This document shows, one piece after another, positions 19,118 through 29,135 of a stretch of 64,000 nucleotides of DNA. The notes under the pieces are model-generated. The model had not been told where the DNA came from and ran no database searches. It saw only the letters and a list, made by a program, of their open reading frames with translations. The translations under genes were made by a program, and so were the position numbers. The DNA is from an uncultured Verrucomicrobiae bacterium (GTDB taxonomy: Bacteria; Verrucomicrobiota; Verrucomicrobiia; Limisphaerales; Palsa-1400): assembly GCA_963764165.1 (NCBI GenBank), contig CAVXRD010000004.1:1-64000 (forward strand), in the 5' to 3' direction. Each line of letters starts with the position of its first letter. Positions within the stretch are counted from its first letter, which is position 1.

Positions 19118-20512
19118 ATGATTTCGCGATTTTCAAACGCAGTTCTTTTGCTCGTGCTCGGCCTGGGCGCCGCCCTTCACGCCGAAGATTCACTGTCCGC
19201 CAAAACGCGGAAGGAAATCGACGCGGCGGTTAAGAAAGGCTTGGCTGACACCGGCGCGCCGGGTGCCTCTATCGCCATCGTGAAGGACGGGCGCATCGCC
19301 TATCTTCAAGCCTACGGCGAAGGGCGATTGGATCCCAAAACTTCCGCTACGCCCGCGATGCGGTTCAGCATCGGTTCGGTAAGCAAGCAGTTCACGGCCA
19401 CCGCGATTCTGATGCTGGCCGAACAGGGCAAACTTTCCCTGAACGATCCAGTCTCGCGCTTTCTCCCGGAATTAACGCGCGCCAATGAAGTGACGATTCG
19501 CCAATTATTATCCCACACCGCCGGTTATCAGGATTATTGGCCGCAGGACTATGTGATGCCGATGATGCTGCAACCTGTCACCGCGGACAAAATTCTCGAG
19601 TTGTGGGCGCGCAAGCCGCTCGATTTCGAGCCAGGAACAAAATGGCAATACAGCAACACGGGCTACGTCATCGCCGGATTGATCGTCGAACGCGCCAGCG
19701 GCAAGCCGCTCTTTGAATTCCTGCGCGAGCACATTTTCACACCGCTCGGAATGATGAGCGTTTTCAATTGCGACCAATCGGCCCTCGGCGATTCCGATGC
19801 CGCCGGTTACATGCGTTATGGACTTGGGCCGCTGCGCCCGGCGCCGAAGGAAGGCAGCGGCTGGCTGTTCGCGGCGGGTGGTTTGGCGATGACGGCGGAA
19901 GACCTCGCGAAATGGGACATCAGCATCATGAATGAATCGCTGATGAAACCAGAATCATACCGGCAACTGGAAACCGCCACGCTGCTCAAAGATGGAACCC
20001 CGACCTCTTACGCGTTCGGCGTGGACGTCCGAAAGCAATTCTCCCATCACGCCGTTTCGCACAACGGCGAAGTTTCCGGCTACACCACGCGCAACACGGT
20101 TTTCCCGGACGACAAAATAGCAGTGGCCGTTTTGGTGAACCAGGACGCGCTGACCGCCGATGATAAAATTGCCCAGAAAATCATTCCCCTCCTCTTCCCG
20201 CCGGAGGACTCGTCGAAGGAGGAAGCCCAGGCGCGAAATATTTTGAAGGGTTTGCAAAATGGCAAGATTGACCGTTCCTTGCTCACAGACAATGCGAATG
20301 CTTATTTCTCCGACCAAGCCCTGCGCGATTTGGCGTCGGGTCTGCACCCGCTCGGCGCGCCCCAATCCCTAACGCAATCGTCCAAAGGCGAGCGGGGCGG
20401 CATGATTTACCGAAATTTTGCCGTGAAATTCGCGCGTAAATCGGTTGAGGTTTGGCAGTACACCTTGCCGGACGGCAAGATCGAGCAATTTCAAATCATG
20501 CCTGCGGATTAG
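19118..20512 (+). CDS. Secreted serine hydrolase, beta-lactamase/PBP fold
   Basis: Signal peptide; SVSK (SxxK), LLSHTAG, YSN, HNG. Confidence 0.9.
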   Translation: MISRFSNAVLLLVLGLGAALHAEDSLSAKTRKEIDAAVKKGLADTGAPGASIAIVKDGRIAYLQAYGEGRLDPKTSATPAMRFSIGSVSKQFTATAILMLAEQGKLSLNDPVSRFLPELTRANEVTIRQLLSHTAGYQDYWPQDYVMPMMLQPVTADKILELWARKPLDFEPGTKWQYSNTGYVIAGLIVERASGKPLFEFLREHIFTPLGMMSVFNCDQSALGDSDAAGYMRYGLGPLRPAPKEGSGWLFAAGGLAMTAEDLAKWDISIMNESLMKPESYRQLETATLLKDGTPTSYAFGVDVRKQFSHHAVSHNGEVSGYTTRNTVFPDDKIAVAVLVNQDALTADDKIAQKIIPLLFPPEDSSKEEAQARNILKGLQNGKIDRSLLTDNANAYFSDQALRDLASGLHPLGAPQSLTQSSKGERGGMIYRNFAVKFARKSVEVWQYTLPDGKIEQFQIMPAD

Positions 20513-20535
20513 GCGTGATTAAAAGCGGGCGAAAA

Positions 20536-20637
20536 GGCAGGGACGCCTCGCCGAGGCGTCCGGTTGCGCGTGAAATGTTCGCGGCTTGCGCATTGAATTG
20601 CGCTTCAACCCGGACGCCTCGGCGAGGCGTCCCTACC
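20536..20637. repeat. Intact GTAG-type REPIN
   Basis: GGCAGGGACGCCTCGCCGAGGCGTCC (20536-20561) and GGACGCCTCGGCGAGGCGTCCCTACC (20612-20637). Confidence 0.88.
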
Positions 20638-20703
20638 CCGCTTCGCGACTGCCCCGATCCTCGCGCGCTTTTTTCATTTCCTTGCCGCGGCGAATCGGGT
20701 GCA

Positions 20704-21414
20704 ATGGAGGCGGTGACGACAAAAGCAAAAATCCTCGTCGTGGACGACGAGCCGGACCTCGTCGAATTGATCGAGACCAATTTGACAGCCGCAGGCTTCG
20801 AGGTTCTCCAAGCCGGTGACGGCCAAGACGCGCTCGAAATAGCGCGTGAATCCCAGCCGCAGTTGATTCTGCTCGATGTCATGCTGCCGGAAATGGACGG
20901 GCTGGAGGTCTGCAAATTGCTCCGCGGCGATGCCCGCACCCGCGCCATTCCCATCGTCATGCTCACCGCGCGAACCGCTGAGATTGACCGCGTCCTAGGG
21001 CTTGAATTGGGCGCGGATGATTATGTCACCAAGCCCTTCAGTGTGCGGGAACTGGTGTTGCGCGTGAAAAAATTGCTCCAAAGGCAGGCTGCGTCCGCTG
21101 CGGAATCCGGGCAAAGCGCGGAAGGCCAAATCCACCTCGCAGGCCTTCATATTGACAAGCCGAGGCATCGGGCTTCTTACGAAGGCCGCCTGCTGGACCT
21201 CACGCTGACCGAGTTCAAATTGGCCGCCATTCTCGCAGAGCGCCGGGGCCGGGTGCAATCCCGCGAACAGCTCCTGCGGGACGTGTGGGGTTACAACAGC
21301 ATGATTGACACGCGGACGGTGGACACTCACATGCGCCGCCTGCGGGCCAAGCTCGGCCCCGCCGCCAAGCTGCTCGATACCGTGCGGGGTGTCGGCTACC
21401 GTTTTCGCGAATAA
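20704..21414 (+). CDS. OmpR/PhoB-family response regulator
   Basis: ILVVDDE, LLDVMLPEMDG, GADDYVTKPF, RTVDTHMRRLRAKL, TVRGVGYR. Confidence 0.93.
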   Translation: MEAVTTKAKILVVDDEPDLVELIETNLTAAGFEVLQAGDGQDALEIARESQPQLILLDVMLPEMDGLEVCKLLRGDARTRAIPIVMLTARTAEIDRVLGLELGADDYVTKPFSVRELVLRVKKLLQRQAASAAESGQSAEGQIHLAGLHIDKPRHRASYEGRLLDLTLTEFKLAAILAERRGRVQSREQLLRDVWGYNSMIDTRTVDTHMRRLRAKLGPAAKLLDTVRGVGYRFRE

Positions 21415-21431
21415 TTCGGCCAAGGTGACGC

Positions 21432-22646
21432 ATGTTGTGGTGGTGCCTAGCGCTAGTCCTGTTTGCCATTGGCGCCGCAAGCCTTTTCCGATGGCAAGCC
21501 GCCCGTCATCGCCTGGCGTTCAATCACCTGGACGACGAACTAAACCACAAACTTCGCCAGCAGCAGGAAGATTTAACCCAGCAATTCCAGGCCCGGCAGC
21601 AGGCGCTTTTCAACAGCATGAGCGAAGGCGTGCTGTTGCTGGACCGCGCCGGGCGCGTTCGCATGATCAACGACTCGCTGCGGAAGTTTTTCGACGTGAG
21701 CTCAGACGTTCGCGGCCAGACGATCATGGAGGCGTTCCGCTGGCATGAGCTGGCGGCTCTCACTGCCCGGTTGCAGCGCGAAAAATCCATCTTTGACGCC
21801 GAATTGGAAATCCAGCGCGTCCGCCGCCGCTGCTGGCTCGTCAACGCCGCCATCGTCCCCGGCCAGCCCGGCGTGGAGGAAGGCCAGCTTTTTGTTTTTC
21901 ACGAAGTGACGCGCCTCAAGGAGCTGGAGAATATCCGCACGGAATTTGTCGGCAATGTCAGCCATGAATTGCGGACGCCGCTTTCGCTCATCAAGGGTTC
22001 GGCGGAAACTCTTCTTGACGGTGCGATCAATGACCCGCAGCAAGCTGCGCGCTTTTTGCAAAAAATCAACAAGCACTCGGATCGCCTGTTGTTCCTTATT
22101 GAGGATCTGCTGGTCATTTCGCGCCTGGAATCCGGGCAGGGCGCGTTGAATCTTGCCCAGGTCGATTTGCGTGAACTCGCGCAGCATGTGCTCGACGATC
22201 TGGCGTCTCGCGCCGCGGCCCGGCAAGTCTCGCTGACGAATTCCGTTCCCGCGCAGACGATCGTTTGGGCGGACACGAATCGCCTCCAGCAGGTCTTCTA
22301 CAACCTTGCCGACAACGCCATCAAATACGGCAAATCCGGGGGAAGCGTCGCCATCGGCGTTCGCGACGGCGCTGACAAAACAGAGGTCTGCGTTTCCGAC
22401 GATGGCCCGGGAATTCCGCCTGATTCGTTGAACCGCGTCTTTGAGCGGTTTTACCGGGTGGACCGCGCCCGTTCCCGAGAAAGCGGCGGCACCGGCCTGG
22501 GGCTTGCAATTGTCAAACACATCGTGCAGGCCCACGGCGGCGAAGCATGGGTGAAAAGCGAAATGAACAAAGGCACGACGTTTTATTTCACCATCCCGAG
22601 AAAGCCCGGGCCGCAGCCGGCCAGCACCCTCGCTGCGTCAAAATGA
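21432..22646 (+). CDS. PAS-domain sensor histidine kinase (PhoR-like)
   Basis: TM, PAS, FVGNVSHELRTPL, NAIKY, DDGPGIP, FERFYRVD, GGTGLGLAIVKH. Confidence 0.92.
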   Translation: MLWWCLALVLFAIGAASLFRWQAARHRLAFNHLDDELNHKLRQQQEDLTQQFQARQQALFNSMSEGVLLLDRAGRVRMINDSLRKFFDVSSDVRGQTIMEAFRWHELAALTARLQREKSIFDAELEIQRVRRRCWLVNAAIVPGQPGVEEGQLFVFHEVTRLKELENIRTEFVGNVSHELRTPLSLIKGSAETLLDGAINDPQQAARFLQKINKHSDRLLFLIEDLLVISRLESGQGALNLAQVDLRELAQHVLDDLASRAAARQVSLTNSVPAQTIVWADTNRLQQVFYNLADNAIKYGKSGGSVAIGVRDGADKTEVCVSDDGPGIPPDSLNRVFERFYRVDRARSRESGGTGLGLAIVKHIVQAHGGEAWVKSEMNKGTTFYFTIPRKPGPQPASTLAASK

Positions 22647-22733
22647 AATCCCGATAAAGGACAACTGCGAATCCTGCTCCGGTGTCTCAAGCGACAGATG
22701 CCTCGGCTTGCCAAAGGCAGGGACGCCTCGGCG

Positions 22734-22873
22734 GAGTCTGTCTCAAAACTCAAAAATGGCTTTAAAAAGCACCACCAAAACACCCTCGCCGAAAATAAAA
22801 ATGCGCCAGATCGCAAATGAGAGATTGGTAGTATTGACACATTTTGAGGATTTTGTAGTTTTGAGACAATCTC
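22734..22873. mobile_element. 140-bp MITE with IS1182-type ends inserted in a REP
   Basis: Ends GAGTCTGTCTCAAAAC / GTTTTGAGACAATCTC; GGCG duplication at 22730-22733 and 22874-22877; REP halves at 22716-22733 and 22874-22890. Confidence 0.88.
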
Positions 22874-22900
22874 GGCGAGGCGTCCCTACCTTTGAGGGCG

Positions 22901-23737
22901 CTACATCGCTTCGATGACAAGCGCGGTCGCATTGTCTCGCGAGCCCCCGGCGATCGCGGCTTTGACCAGGCGGGATGCGGGAGTCGAATCGCTTTCCGCT
23001 GAAGGCTCGCGGAGAATTTCCGTGAGATGCTGATCGTACAAGCCGTCGATCAGGCCATCCGAGCAAAGGAGAAAAATATCGCCCTTCTCGTAAGCCACCG
23101 ATCCTGCCTGCGGTTCGACAAATTGGTTTTTGCCGCCAAGCGCCTTCTGCAAAATGCTCCGGCGCGGATGCGTCCGCGCTTCCCGCTCGTTGATCTGCCC
23201 GTTGCGCAGCATCCAGCCGACGTATGTGTCATCGTGGGTCAGTTGTTTGATGGCGGTGGCGTTTGCGGGGAGATAATAAATCCGGCTGTCGCCAATGTGG
23301 CCAAAATAGAGCCAGCCGGGAGCGATCCAGCACAAACTCAGCGTCGCCTCCATCCCGGAACATTCCTCGTAGCTGTCGCCAAGAAAAACCAGCGCGCGAT
23401 GAATCTGATCGAAAAGCTCCTCCAGCACTTCTGTGAAACCAGTCTGCAAACCGGCGGCGGAGTGGCGAAAGGTTCGCGGGAGCATAACCGCGAGTTTGTC
23501 TGTCGTCACCTTGCTGGCAAATTCTCCCGCCAACGCCCCCCCCATGCCATCGCTCACCGCAAAAGCGAAATCCATGGAATGAAGCGGCGCCTCGCCGATC
23601 TTCCCGAGATGATGCACTTCCCGCCCATCAAAGCGGACGCCCAGAAACGCGTCTTCATTGTTGCGCCTGAATGGCCCGCACTCGGAGCAACCGGACCAGC
23701 GAAAGCCGGCGCAGGGTGGGTTGTAAGGCGGGCTCAT
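22901..23737 (-). CDS. PP2C-family Ser/Thr phosphatase
   Basis: RRNNEDAF, AVSDGMGG, HIGDSRIY, LTHDD, LLCSDGL, GSRDNAT. Confidence 0.92.
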   Translation of the reverse strand: MSPPYNPPCAGFRWSGCSECGPFRRNNEDAFLGVRFDGREVHHLGKIGEAPLHSMDFAFAVSDGMGGALAGEFASKVTTDKLAVMLPRTFRHSAAGLQTGFTEVLEELFDQIHRALVFLGDSYEECSGMEATLSLCWIAPGWLYFGHIGDSRIYYLPANATAIKQLTHDDTYVGWMLRNGQINEREARTHPRRSILQKALGGKNQFVEPQAGSVAYEKGDIFLLCSDGLIDGLYDQHLTEILREPSAESDSTPASRLVKAAIAGGSRDNATALVIEAM

Positions 23738-24111
23738 TGGCTGAGGATGGTCGCGAATTCGAAATCAACGACGCAGAAACGGCCATCCGAATTTCGATAG
23801 GTGATATTCCTCGGATCGGGATCGTCGTGGCGCACGCCGTATTCTTCCAGTTCCGCAAATAATTCTTTCGCGCGCTTTTCGTCAATCCGCTCCACGCGTG
23901 TTCCGCATTGAGTGGTGATGATGCGCGGGCGCAACTCGTCCGTTTCGAGGAGTCTTGGCACGAAGTTGCAGCCGCGCGATTCCAAATACCTGAGCACTTC
24001 CACCTCCTTGGCGAATCGCTTCTGCGCGTCAGCCCCGTGATAGGTCTTGAACACCCTGCCGTCAAAGCTCAACTGGACCGTCGCCCGCAGCGTGTCTTTG
24101 ACAGAGAGCAT
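23734..24111 (-). CDS. Minimal protein-kinase-like protein
   Basis: VFKTY, EVEVLRYL, VPRLL, RHDDPDPRN (HxDxxxxN), VVDFEFA; overlaps PP2C start. Confidence 0.7.
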   Translation of the reverse strand: MLSVKDTLRATVQLSFDGRVFKTYHGADAQKRFAKEVEVLRYLESRGCNFVPRLLETDELRPRIITTQCGTRVERIDEKRAKELFAELEEYGVRHDDPDPRNITYRNSDGRFCVVDFEFATILSQ

Positions 24112-24116
24112 GGCAA

Positions 24117-24980
24117 TCAGAGATACTTCTTGAGCAGCGGGGCCAGTTCAGCCTTCGTCTTTTTCGGCCACATTTTCTTGTCAGTCATGATGGCGTTCCT
24201 GAGGGCGTCGTGGCACGGCCAGCAAGGCTCGGCGGGAATCAGTTCGATGACGCGCTTGATGATGGCCTTGGCCTGGCTCGCGTTCTTCGTCAAATTCGCA
24301 ATCACCATTTCCACCGTCACGTGCGCCTCGTCCACCTTCCAGCAATCATAATCCGTGATCATCGCCATCGTGGTGTAGGCGATTTCGGCTTCGCGCGCGC
24401 ATTTGGCCTCGCCCAGATTCGTCATGCCGATGACATCGTAGCCTGCCTTGTGATTGGTGATCGACTCGGCGCGGGTGCTGAATGCGGGCCCCTCCATGTT
24501 GACGTAGGTGCCGCCGTTATGGACGCGCGAACCCTCGGCTTTGGCGCATTGGAAAACCAACTCGCGCAATTCGGCGCAAATGGGATCGGCGAACGCGATG
24601 TGGGCCACAATTCCGCGCCCGAAAAATGTGTGCGAAAAAATCTGCTTGGTCTTGTCAACGAATTGGTCGGGAAGGACGATGTCGCATGGCTTGTATTTTT
24701 TTTGCAGCGAGCCGACGGCGCTGACGCTGATGATCCACTCCACCCCAAGCTTCTTCATTCCGTGCATGTTCGCGCGGTAATTCAATTCGCTCGGCAGGAT
24801 GCGGTGGCCGCGCCCGTGCCGCGGGAGGAAGACAACTTCCCGGCCCGCCAAGCGTCCTGTCAAATAATCATCGGAAGGCGCGCCAAACGGCGTTTTCATC
24901 TTGACCCATTTCTGGCCGGTGAGCCCCTCGATGTGATAAAGCCCGCTGCCGCCGATAATGCCGATGCGATTTTTCGTCAT
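24117..24980 (-). CDS. mtnP: S-methyl-5'-thioadenosine phosphorylase
   Basis: IGIIGGSGLY, TPFGAPSD, RHGRGH, EGPAFSTRAES, TDYDCW. Confidence 0.95.
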   Translation of the reverse strand: MTKNRIGIIGGSGLYHIEGLTGQKWVKMKTPFGAPSDDYLTGRLAGREVVFLPRHGRGHRILPSELNYRANMHGMKKLGVEWIISVSAVGSLQKKYKPCDIVLPDQFVDKTKQIFSHTFFGRGIVAHIAFADPICAELRELVFQCAKAEGSRVHNGGTYVNMEGPAFSTRAESITNHKAGYDVIGMTNLGEAKCAREAEIAYTTMAMITDYDCWKVDEAHVTVEMVIANLTKNASQAKAIIKRVIELIPAEPCWPCHDALRNAIMTDKKMWPKKTKAELAPLLKKYL

Positions 24981-25212
24981 CGGTGAACCATATCCGGGCG
25001 CCGGGCAGTGTTCAAGAATTCAAGGAAATCGGATGGTTTCCACGGAGGCATCCCATCATTCCCATTCCTTTCATCGAAATGGGAGGGATGCGATTACCCG
25101 AACAATGGGGCCGCCCGGCCGAAGCTTCGCGTTGCCGCTGATCCGGGCGAATTCGCCCGCGATCCTCCGATTGACACTTGGTTTTTCCGATTCACAAAGC
25201 ATATTAAGGCCG

Positions 25213-26784
25213 ATGAGCAAACGGTTTTACATCACAACGGCCATAGACTACGTCAACGGCGCGCCCCATGTGGGGCACGCTTATGAGAAGGTGGTGGCCG
25301 ACGTCATCGCCCGCGCCCGCCGCGCCATGGGAGAGGAAGTTTTTTACCTCACCGGTTCGGATGAGCACGGCCAGAAAGTCCAGCAAGCTGCCCTGGCGGA
25401 GGGAAAAGAGCCGCAGGCCTATTGCGATGCGCTGGCCGTCCAGTGGGCGGAATTCGTGGCAAAGCTGGGCATCACCAATGACGATTTCGTCCGCACGACG
25501 CAGCCGCGCCATGTCGAATATGCCCAGGCGGTTCTTTCAAAATTGCACGCCGCCGGCCATTTTTACAAATCGACTTACGCCGGATTTTATTCAGCGAAAG
25601 AGGAAACATTCTTGACGGAGAAGGATCGCCTCCCCGACGGCACGTTTGACGCCTCCTGGGGGACAGTCGTGGAACTAAAGGAAGACAATTACTACTTCAA
25701 GCTCCGCGAGCACCAGGAATGGCTTATCAAATATATCGAGGACAATCCCGGTTTTATCGCGCCGGATTTCCGCCGGAACGAAGTGCTGGGATTCCTCAAA
25801 AACGAAACCCTTGAAGACCTGTGCATCACGCGCCCGGTCGAGCGGCTGAGCTGGGGCATTCCCCTTCCCTTCGACAAAGACTACGTCACTTGGGTTTGGT
25901 TCGATGCGCTTGTCAATTACACGAGTGTTCCGTATGCGCATGGCGATCCGATCACACGCAAGGCCGTCGGAGCCAGTGGCGCAACTGATTTCTCCGTCTG
26001 GCCCGCCGACATTCATTTGATCGGAAAGGACATTCTTAAATTCCACGCGGTCTACTGGCCGATCATGCTCAAGGCGATGGAATTGCCGCTGCCGAAGCAA
26101 ATTCTTGCCCACGGCTGGTGGCAAAAAGAGGGCGAGAAACTCAGCAAGACCACGGGCAATGTGATCGACCCCATCGCGGTCATCGACGAATGGGGGTTGG
26201 ACGCTTTTCGTTTTTACGTGGTGCGCGAATTGGCCATCGGCCCGGACGGCAACTGGACTGATGCCGGTTTCCGCTCGCGCTACCAATCCGAACTGGCCAA
26301 CGGTCTCGGAAACCTGGTCAACCGATCTCTTTCGATGATCCGGAGCTATCGCGGCGGGAAAGTTCCGGCAGGCACGAACCAATTGGCCAAGGAAACCTCC
26401 GAGACGTGGACTCGCACCGTCGGCGCCTACCGCGCCAACAGCTTGCAGGAAGCCTTGCAGCATTGCGGGGCGCTGGTGACGAAGGCAAACCAGTACATCG
26501 ACCAAACGAGCCCCTTCAAAATTGCGAAAGACCCGGCGCGCGCCACCGACCTGGACAACATCCTCGTGACGCTGGCTGAAATATGTCAAGTATTAGGTGT
26601 GTTATACTGGCCCGTCACCCCGGCCTCCGCCGAAAAGCTCCAGAAGCAGCTCGGAATAAGCGTCCACTCCGCCTGTCTAATCGCGCCGCCGCCCCCGCTC
26701 CCCGCGGGCCACGCGATTGGCGAGATCTCCCCGCTGTATCCCAGAAGAGACGACGTTAAAACCGAGAAGGAGAAACGAGCCTAA
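25213..26784 (+). CDS. metG: Methionine-tRNA ligase
   Basis: FYITTAIDYVNGAPHVGH, TGSDEHGQK, WGIP, VWFDAL, IGKDILKFH, KLSKT. Confidence 0.96.
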   Translation: MSKRFYITTAIDYVNGAPHVGHAYEKVVADVIARARRAMGEEVFYLTGSDEHGQKVQQAALAEGKEPQAYCDALAVQWAEFVAKLGITNDDFVRTTQPRHVEYAQAVLSKLHAAGHFYKSTYAGFYSAKEETFLTEKDRLPDGTFDASWGTVVELKEDNYYFKLREHQEWLIKYIEDNPGFIAPDFRRNEVLGFLKNETLEDLCITRPVERLSWGIPLPFDKDYVTWVWFDALVNYTSVPYAHGDPITRKAVGASGATDFSVWPADIHLIGKDILKFHAVYWPIMLKAMELPLPKQILAHGWWQKEGEKLSKTTGNVIDPIAVIDEWGLDAFRFYVVRELAIGPDGNWTDAGFRSRYQSELANGLGNLVNRSLSMIRSYRGGKVPAGTNQLAKETSETWTRTVGAYRANSLQEALQHCGALVTKANQYIDQTSPFKIAKDPARATDLDNILVTLAEICQVLGVLYWPVTPASAEKLQKQLGISVHSACLIAPPPPLPAGHAIGEISPLYPRRDDVKTEKEKRA

Positions 26785-26792
26785 AGAGAAAG

Positions 26793-26868
<76 letters not shown>

Positions 26869-26913
26869 AACCGTTAATTAACAAGCACTTACGAGTGAAG
26901 CGCCATTCGTGAA

Positions 26914-26943
26914 TTGACGTTGTGCTAGTGGTTGTGCTAGTTT
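26914..26943 (+). promoter_or_regulatory. Candidate integrase promoter overlapping arm-type repeats
   Basis: TTGACG-18 bp-TAGTTT with TG extension, ending 6 bp before the ATG (leaderless); TTGTGCTAGT at 26920-26929 and 26932-26941. Confidence 0.55.
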
Positions 26944-26949
26944 TACGGC

Positions 26950-28179
26950 ATGAAAAGCGATGCAACCGTAAGCAATCCCACAAATCCAACTGGCACTAGT
27001 CATCGACACAGTTCCGCACAATACGCCAAGGTATTTGACCAACGCAAGCGCAGAGTTCGCGGCCTTTGGGAGCGCAACGGCGGGTATTACGCGCAACTGA
27101 CTGTGACGGATGAGGGAACGGCTAAAAAGGTCGTCCGGCGCGTCCGTCTGGAAGATGGTGACGGCAACCCGGTCCCGACAGTCCCGGAAGCGGTCAAGGT
27201 GATGAACAAGCTCAAGGTGCGGCGCGAGGACAATGAATTGAGCCTAGCCCCCAAGCGCACGGCGTTGTTTCGGGATTATGCGCAGCAATACCTGGCCTAT
27301 TGCGAGGCGTTGGGGAACAAAACAAAGAACACCATTCATCGGGAGCGCACGAGCGTCAATGCCTTGGCAAGAACCATCGGTGACTTGCGGTTGCGGGAGA
27401 TCACCAAGGCTGTGGCCATGCGTTACATGGCGGCGCGAAAAAAGGATGGCATGTCGAGCCGGAGCATCAACCTGGAAATCATCACGCTGCGGAATGTGCT
27501 GCGCCATGCGGTGGCAGAAGGACATTTGGGGTCGGTGGCCATTGACGGCGTGGAATGGCTGCACGATCAACCGAAAAAGCGGCGTTTGGTCACGGCGGAA
27601 GAAATCGAGCGGGTGTGCGCGGCGGCGGTCGCGGAATGCCCCATGACGGGCCAAACGCTGTCGGATTTTATCAAACTAATGGCCTACAGCGGCGGGCGTT
27701 GGGCGGAAACCCTGCGCTTGCGGTGGGATGATGTGGATTCTAAGAATAACCAACTGACCATTGGCAGCGACGGGCGGACCAAAAACCGCAAGTCAAGGGT
27801 CGTGGAATTCAACGCAAAGTTGAAAACCCACCTGGAGGAAATGAGCCAACGGCGTGCGCCTGATTCGGCCTTCATGTTTCCGTCTCCTCGGCGTGGCGAG
27901 GGTGACGCGCACACGGTCACAATGAACAAGGTGCTGACCAAGGCCAGGGAGCGGGCTAAGGTGCCGGACTTTACCTGCCACCTGTGCCGCCACTTCTTTA
28001 TTTCCATGTGCGTCATGTCGGGAATTGACTTTATGACAATTGCTAAATGGGTCGGCCATCAAGACGGCGGCGTATTGATCGGCAAGGTCTATGGCCATTT
28101 ATCGAACGAGCACGCCCAGCGGCAAGCCCAGCGGGTGAACTTTGGCCCGACAGTTGTTTCGACTGTGGCGGCGGCGTAG
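26950..28179 (+). CDS. Tyrosine recombinase/integrase
   Basis: Catalytic set R (SGGRWAE), K (TKN), HxxR (HLCRH), H (GHQDG), Y (KVYGH). Confidence 0.95.
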   Translation: MKSDATVSNPTNPTGTSHRHSSAQYAKVFDQRKRRVRGLWERNGGYYAQLTVTDEGTAKKVVRRVRLEDGDGNPVPTVPEAVKVMNKLKVRREDNELSLAPKRTALFRDYAQQYLAYCEALGNKTKNTIHRERTSVNALARTIGDLRLREITKAVAMRYMAARKKDGMSSRSINLEIITLRNVLRHAVAEGHLGSVAIDGVEWLHDQPKKRRLVTAEEIERVCAAAVAECPMTGQTLSDFIKLMAYSGGRWAETLRLRWDDVDSKNNQLTIGSDGRTKNRKSRVVEFNAKLKTHLEEMSQRRAPDSAFMFPSPRRGEGDAHTVTMNKVLTKARERAKVPDFTCHLCRHFFISMCVMSGIDFMTIAKWVGHQDGGVLIGKVYGHLSNEHAQRQAQRVNFGPTVVSTVAAA

Positions 28180-28188
28180 GCTGCTCGT

Positions 28189-28818
28189 ATGTCAGAACCG
28201 CAAAAGCAGAACGAAGCACTCCCTTGGTACAAGCGGCTTATTCAAGCGCAATTTTCTTCGGAGTCGTTTGAATTTGACAGTGAGAACGAGCCGAAATGGG
28301 TTCAAAATATCCTGTTGGAGTTGGTGCAACAGGCCATGCCCGCATTTCCCTTTCGCAATCTCGACAAAGTTACCCCCAAAGAATTTGGGCGGCTTATTGG
28401 CCAGCAGCGTGCGAATTTGACGGCGGTGGCCTGCGCGGGTGTGACAATTGCAGAAGAGATTCAGAGCTTGAATGATTCCTTCAATTGCTTTGGACGCGAG
28501 GCAATCACGGCGGCATGGGATGAGGCGAGCCATGCCGACAGCGCCGCATTCTTCCAAGGATTGGCTGAGGGATTCTCGAAACCCGGCATCATTGGACGGA
28601 GTCCCGCTCACGCAACAACCGCAACTCCAATTTATCAGATACTATTCATGACGCGCAATGAAGTGAAACAGCTTAAGAGCGTGCGCGAACTGCGGGAGTT
28701 TCTGCTGCGAAGCGGTCTTACTCTGCAAATGCTGGGTGAGCCAAAGCGTCTGGAAAAAATTTGTGAGCGCATCGGGCTTTCATTCATGAAGCCGGGACGC
28801 CCAAAACGTGCCAAGTAA
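28189..28818 (+). CDS. Hypothetical protein, basic C-terminus (possible DNA-binding)
   Basis: 209-aa ORF 9 bp after int; ends RLEKICERIGLSFMKPGRPKRAK. Confidence 0.6.
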   Translation: MSEPQKQNEALPWYKRLIQAQFSSESFEFDSENEPKWVQNILLELVQQAMPAFPFRNLDKVTPKEFGRLIGQQRANLTAVACAGVTIAEEIQSLNDSFNCFGREAITAAWDEASHADSAAFFQGLAEGFSKPGIIGRSPAHATTATPIYQILFMTRNEVKQLKSVRELREFLLRSGLTLQMLGEPKRLEKICERIGLSFMKPGRPKRAK

Positions 28819-28883
28819 TTCCGACATGGCGGGCCTTGGGCCTGTCGGTTTTGTGCTGCACCGTGGTCGGCTACGGTGCCAGC

Positions 28884-29135
28884 ATGGAAGCAATTCTCAA
28901 AAGCAATGCGCCAGCGCGGGCGATAATCAGCTTGCAGCAATGGCTGGCGGATGTGGGCGTCACGGCCTGCACGGCCTGGCGCTGGCGCAAAAAAGGCTGG
29001 CTCAAGACGGTCAACATTTGCGGTCGGCAATACCTCACCCAGGAAGCAATCGAGGAATTTACGCGGCGGGCGGCAGCGGGAGAATTCGCGCAAGAGCATA
29101 AGGTGCCCTTGCGCCAACGCGAGGGGGCCGCGTGA
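28884..29135 (+). CDS. Excisionase/AlpA-like HTH protein
   Basis: LADVGVTACTAWRWRKKGWLKTVNICGRQYLT; located between int and rep. Confidence 0.75.
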   Translation: MEAILKSNAPARAIISLQQWLADVGVTACTAWRWRKKGWLKTVNICGRQYLTQEAIEEFTRRAAAGEFAQEHKVPLRQREGAA

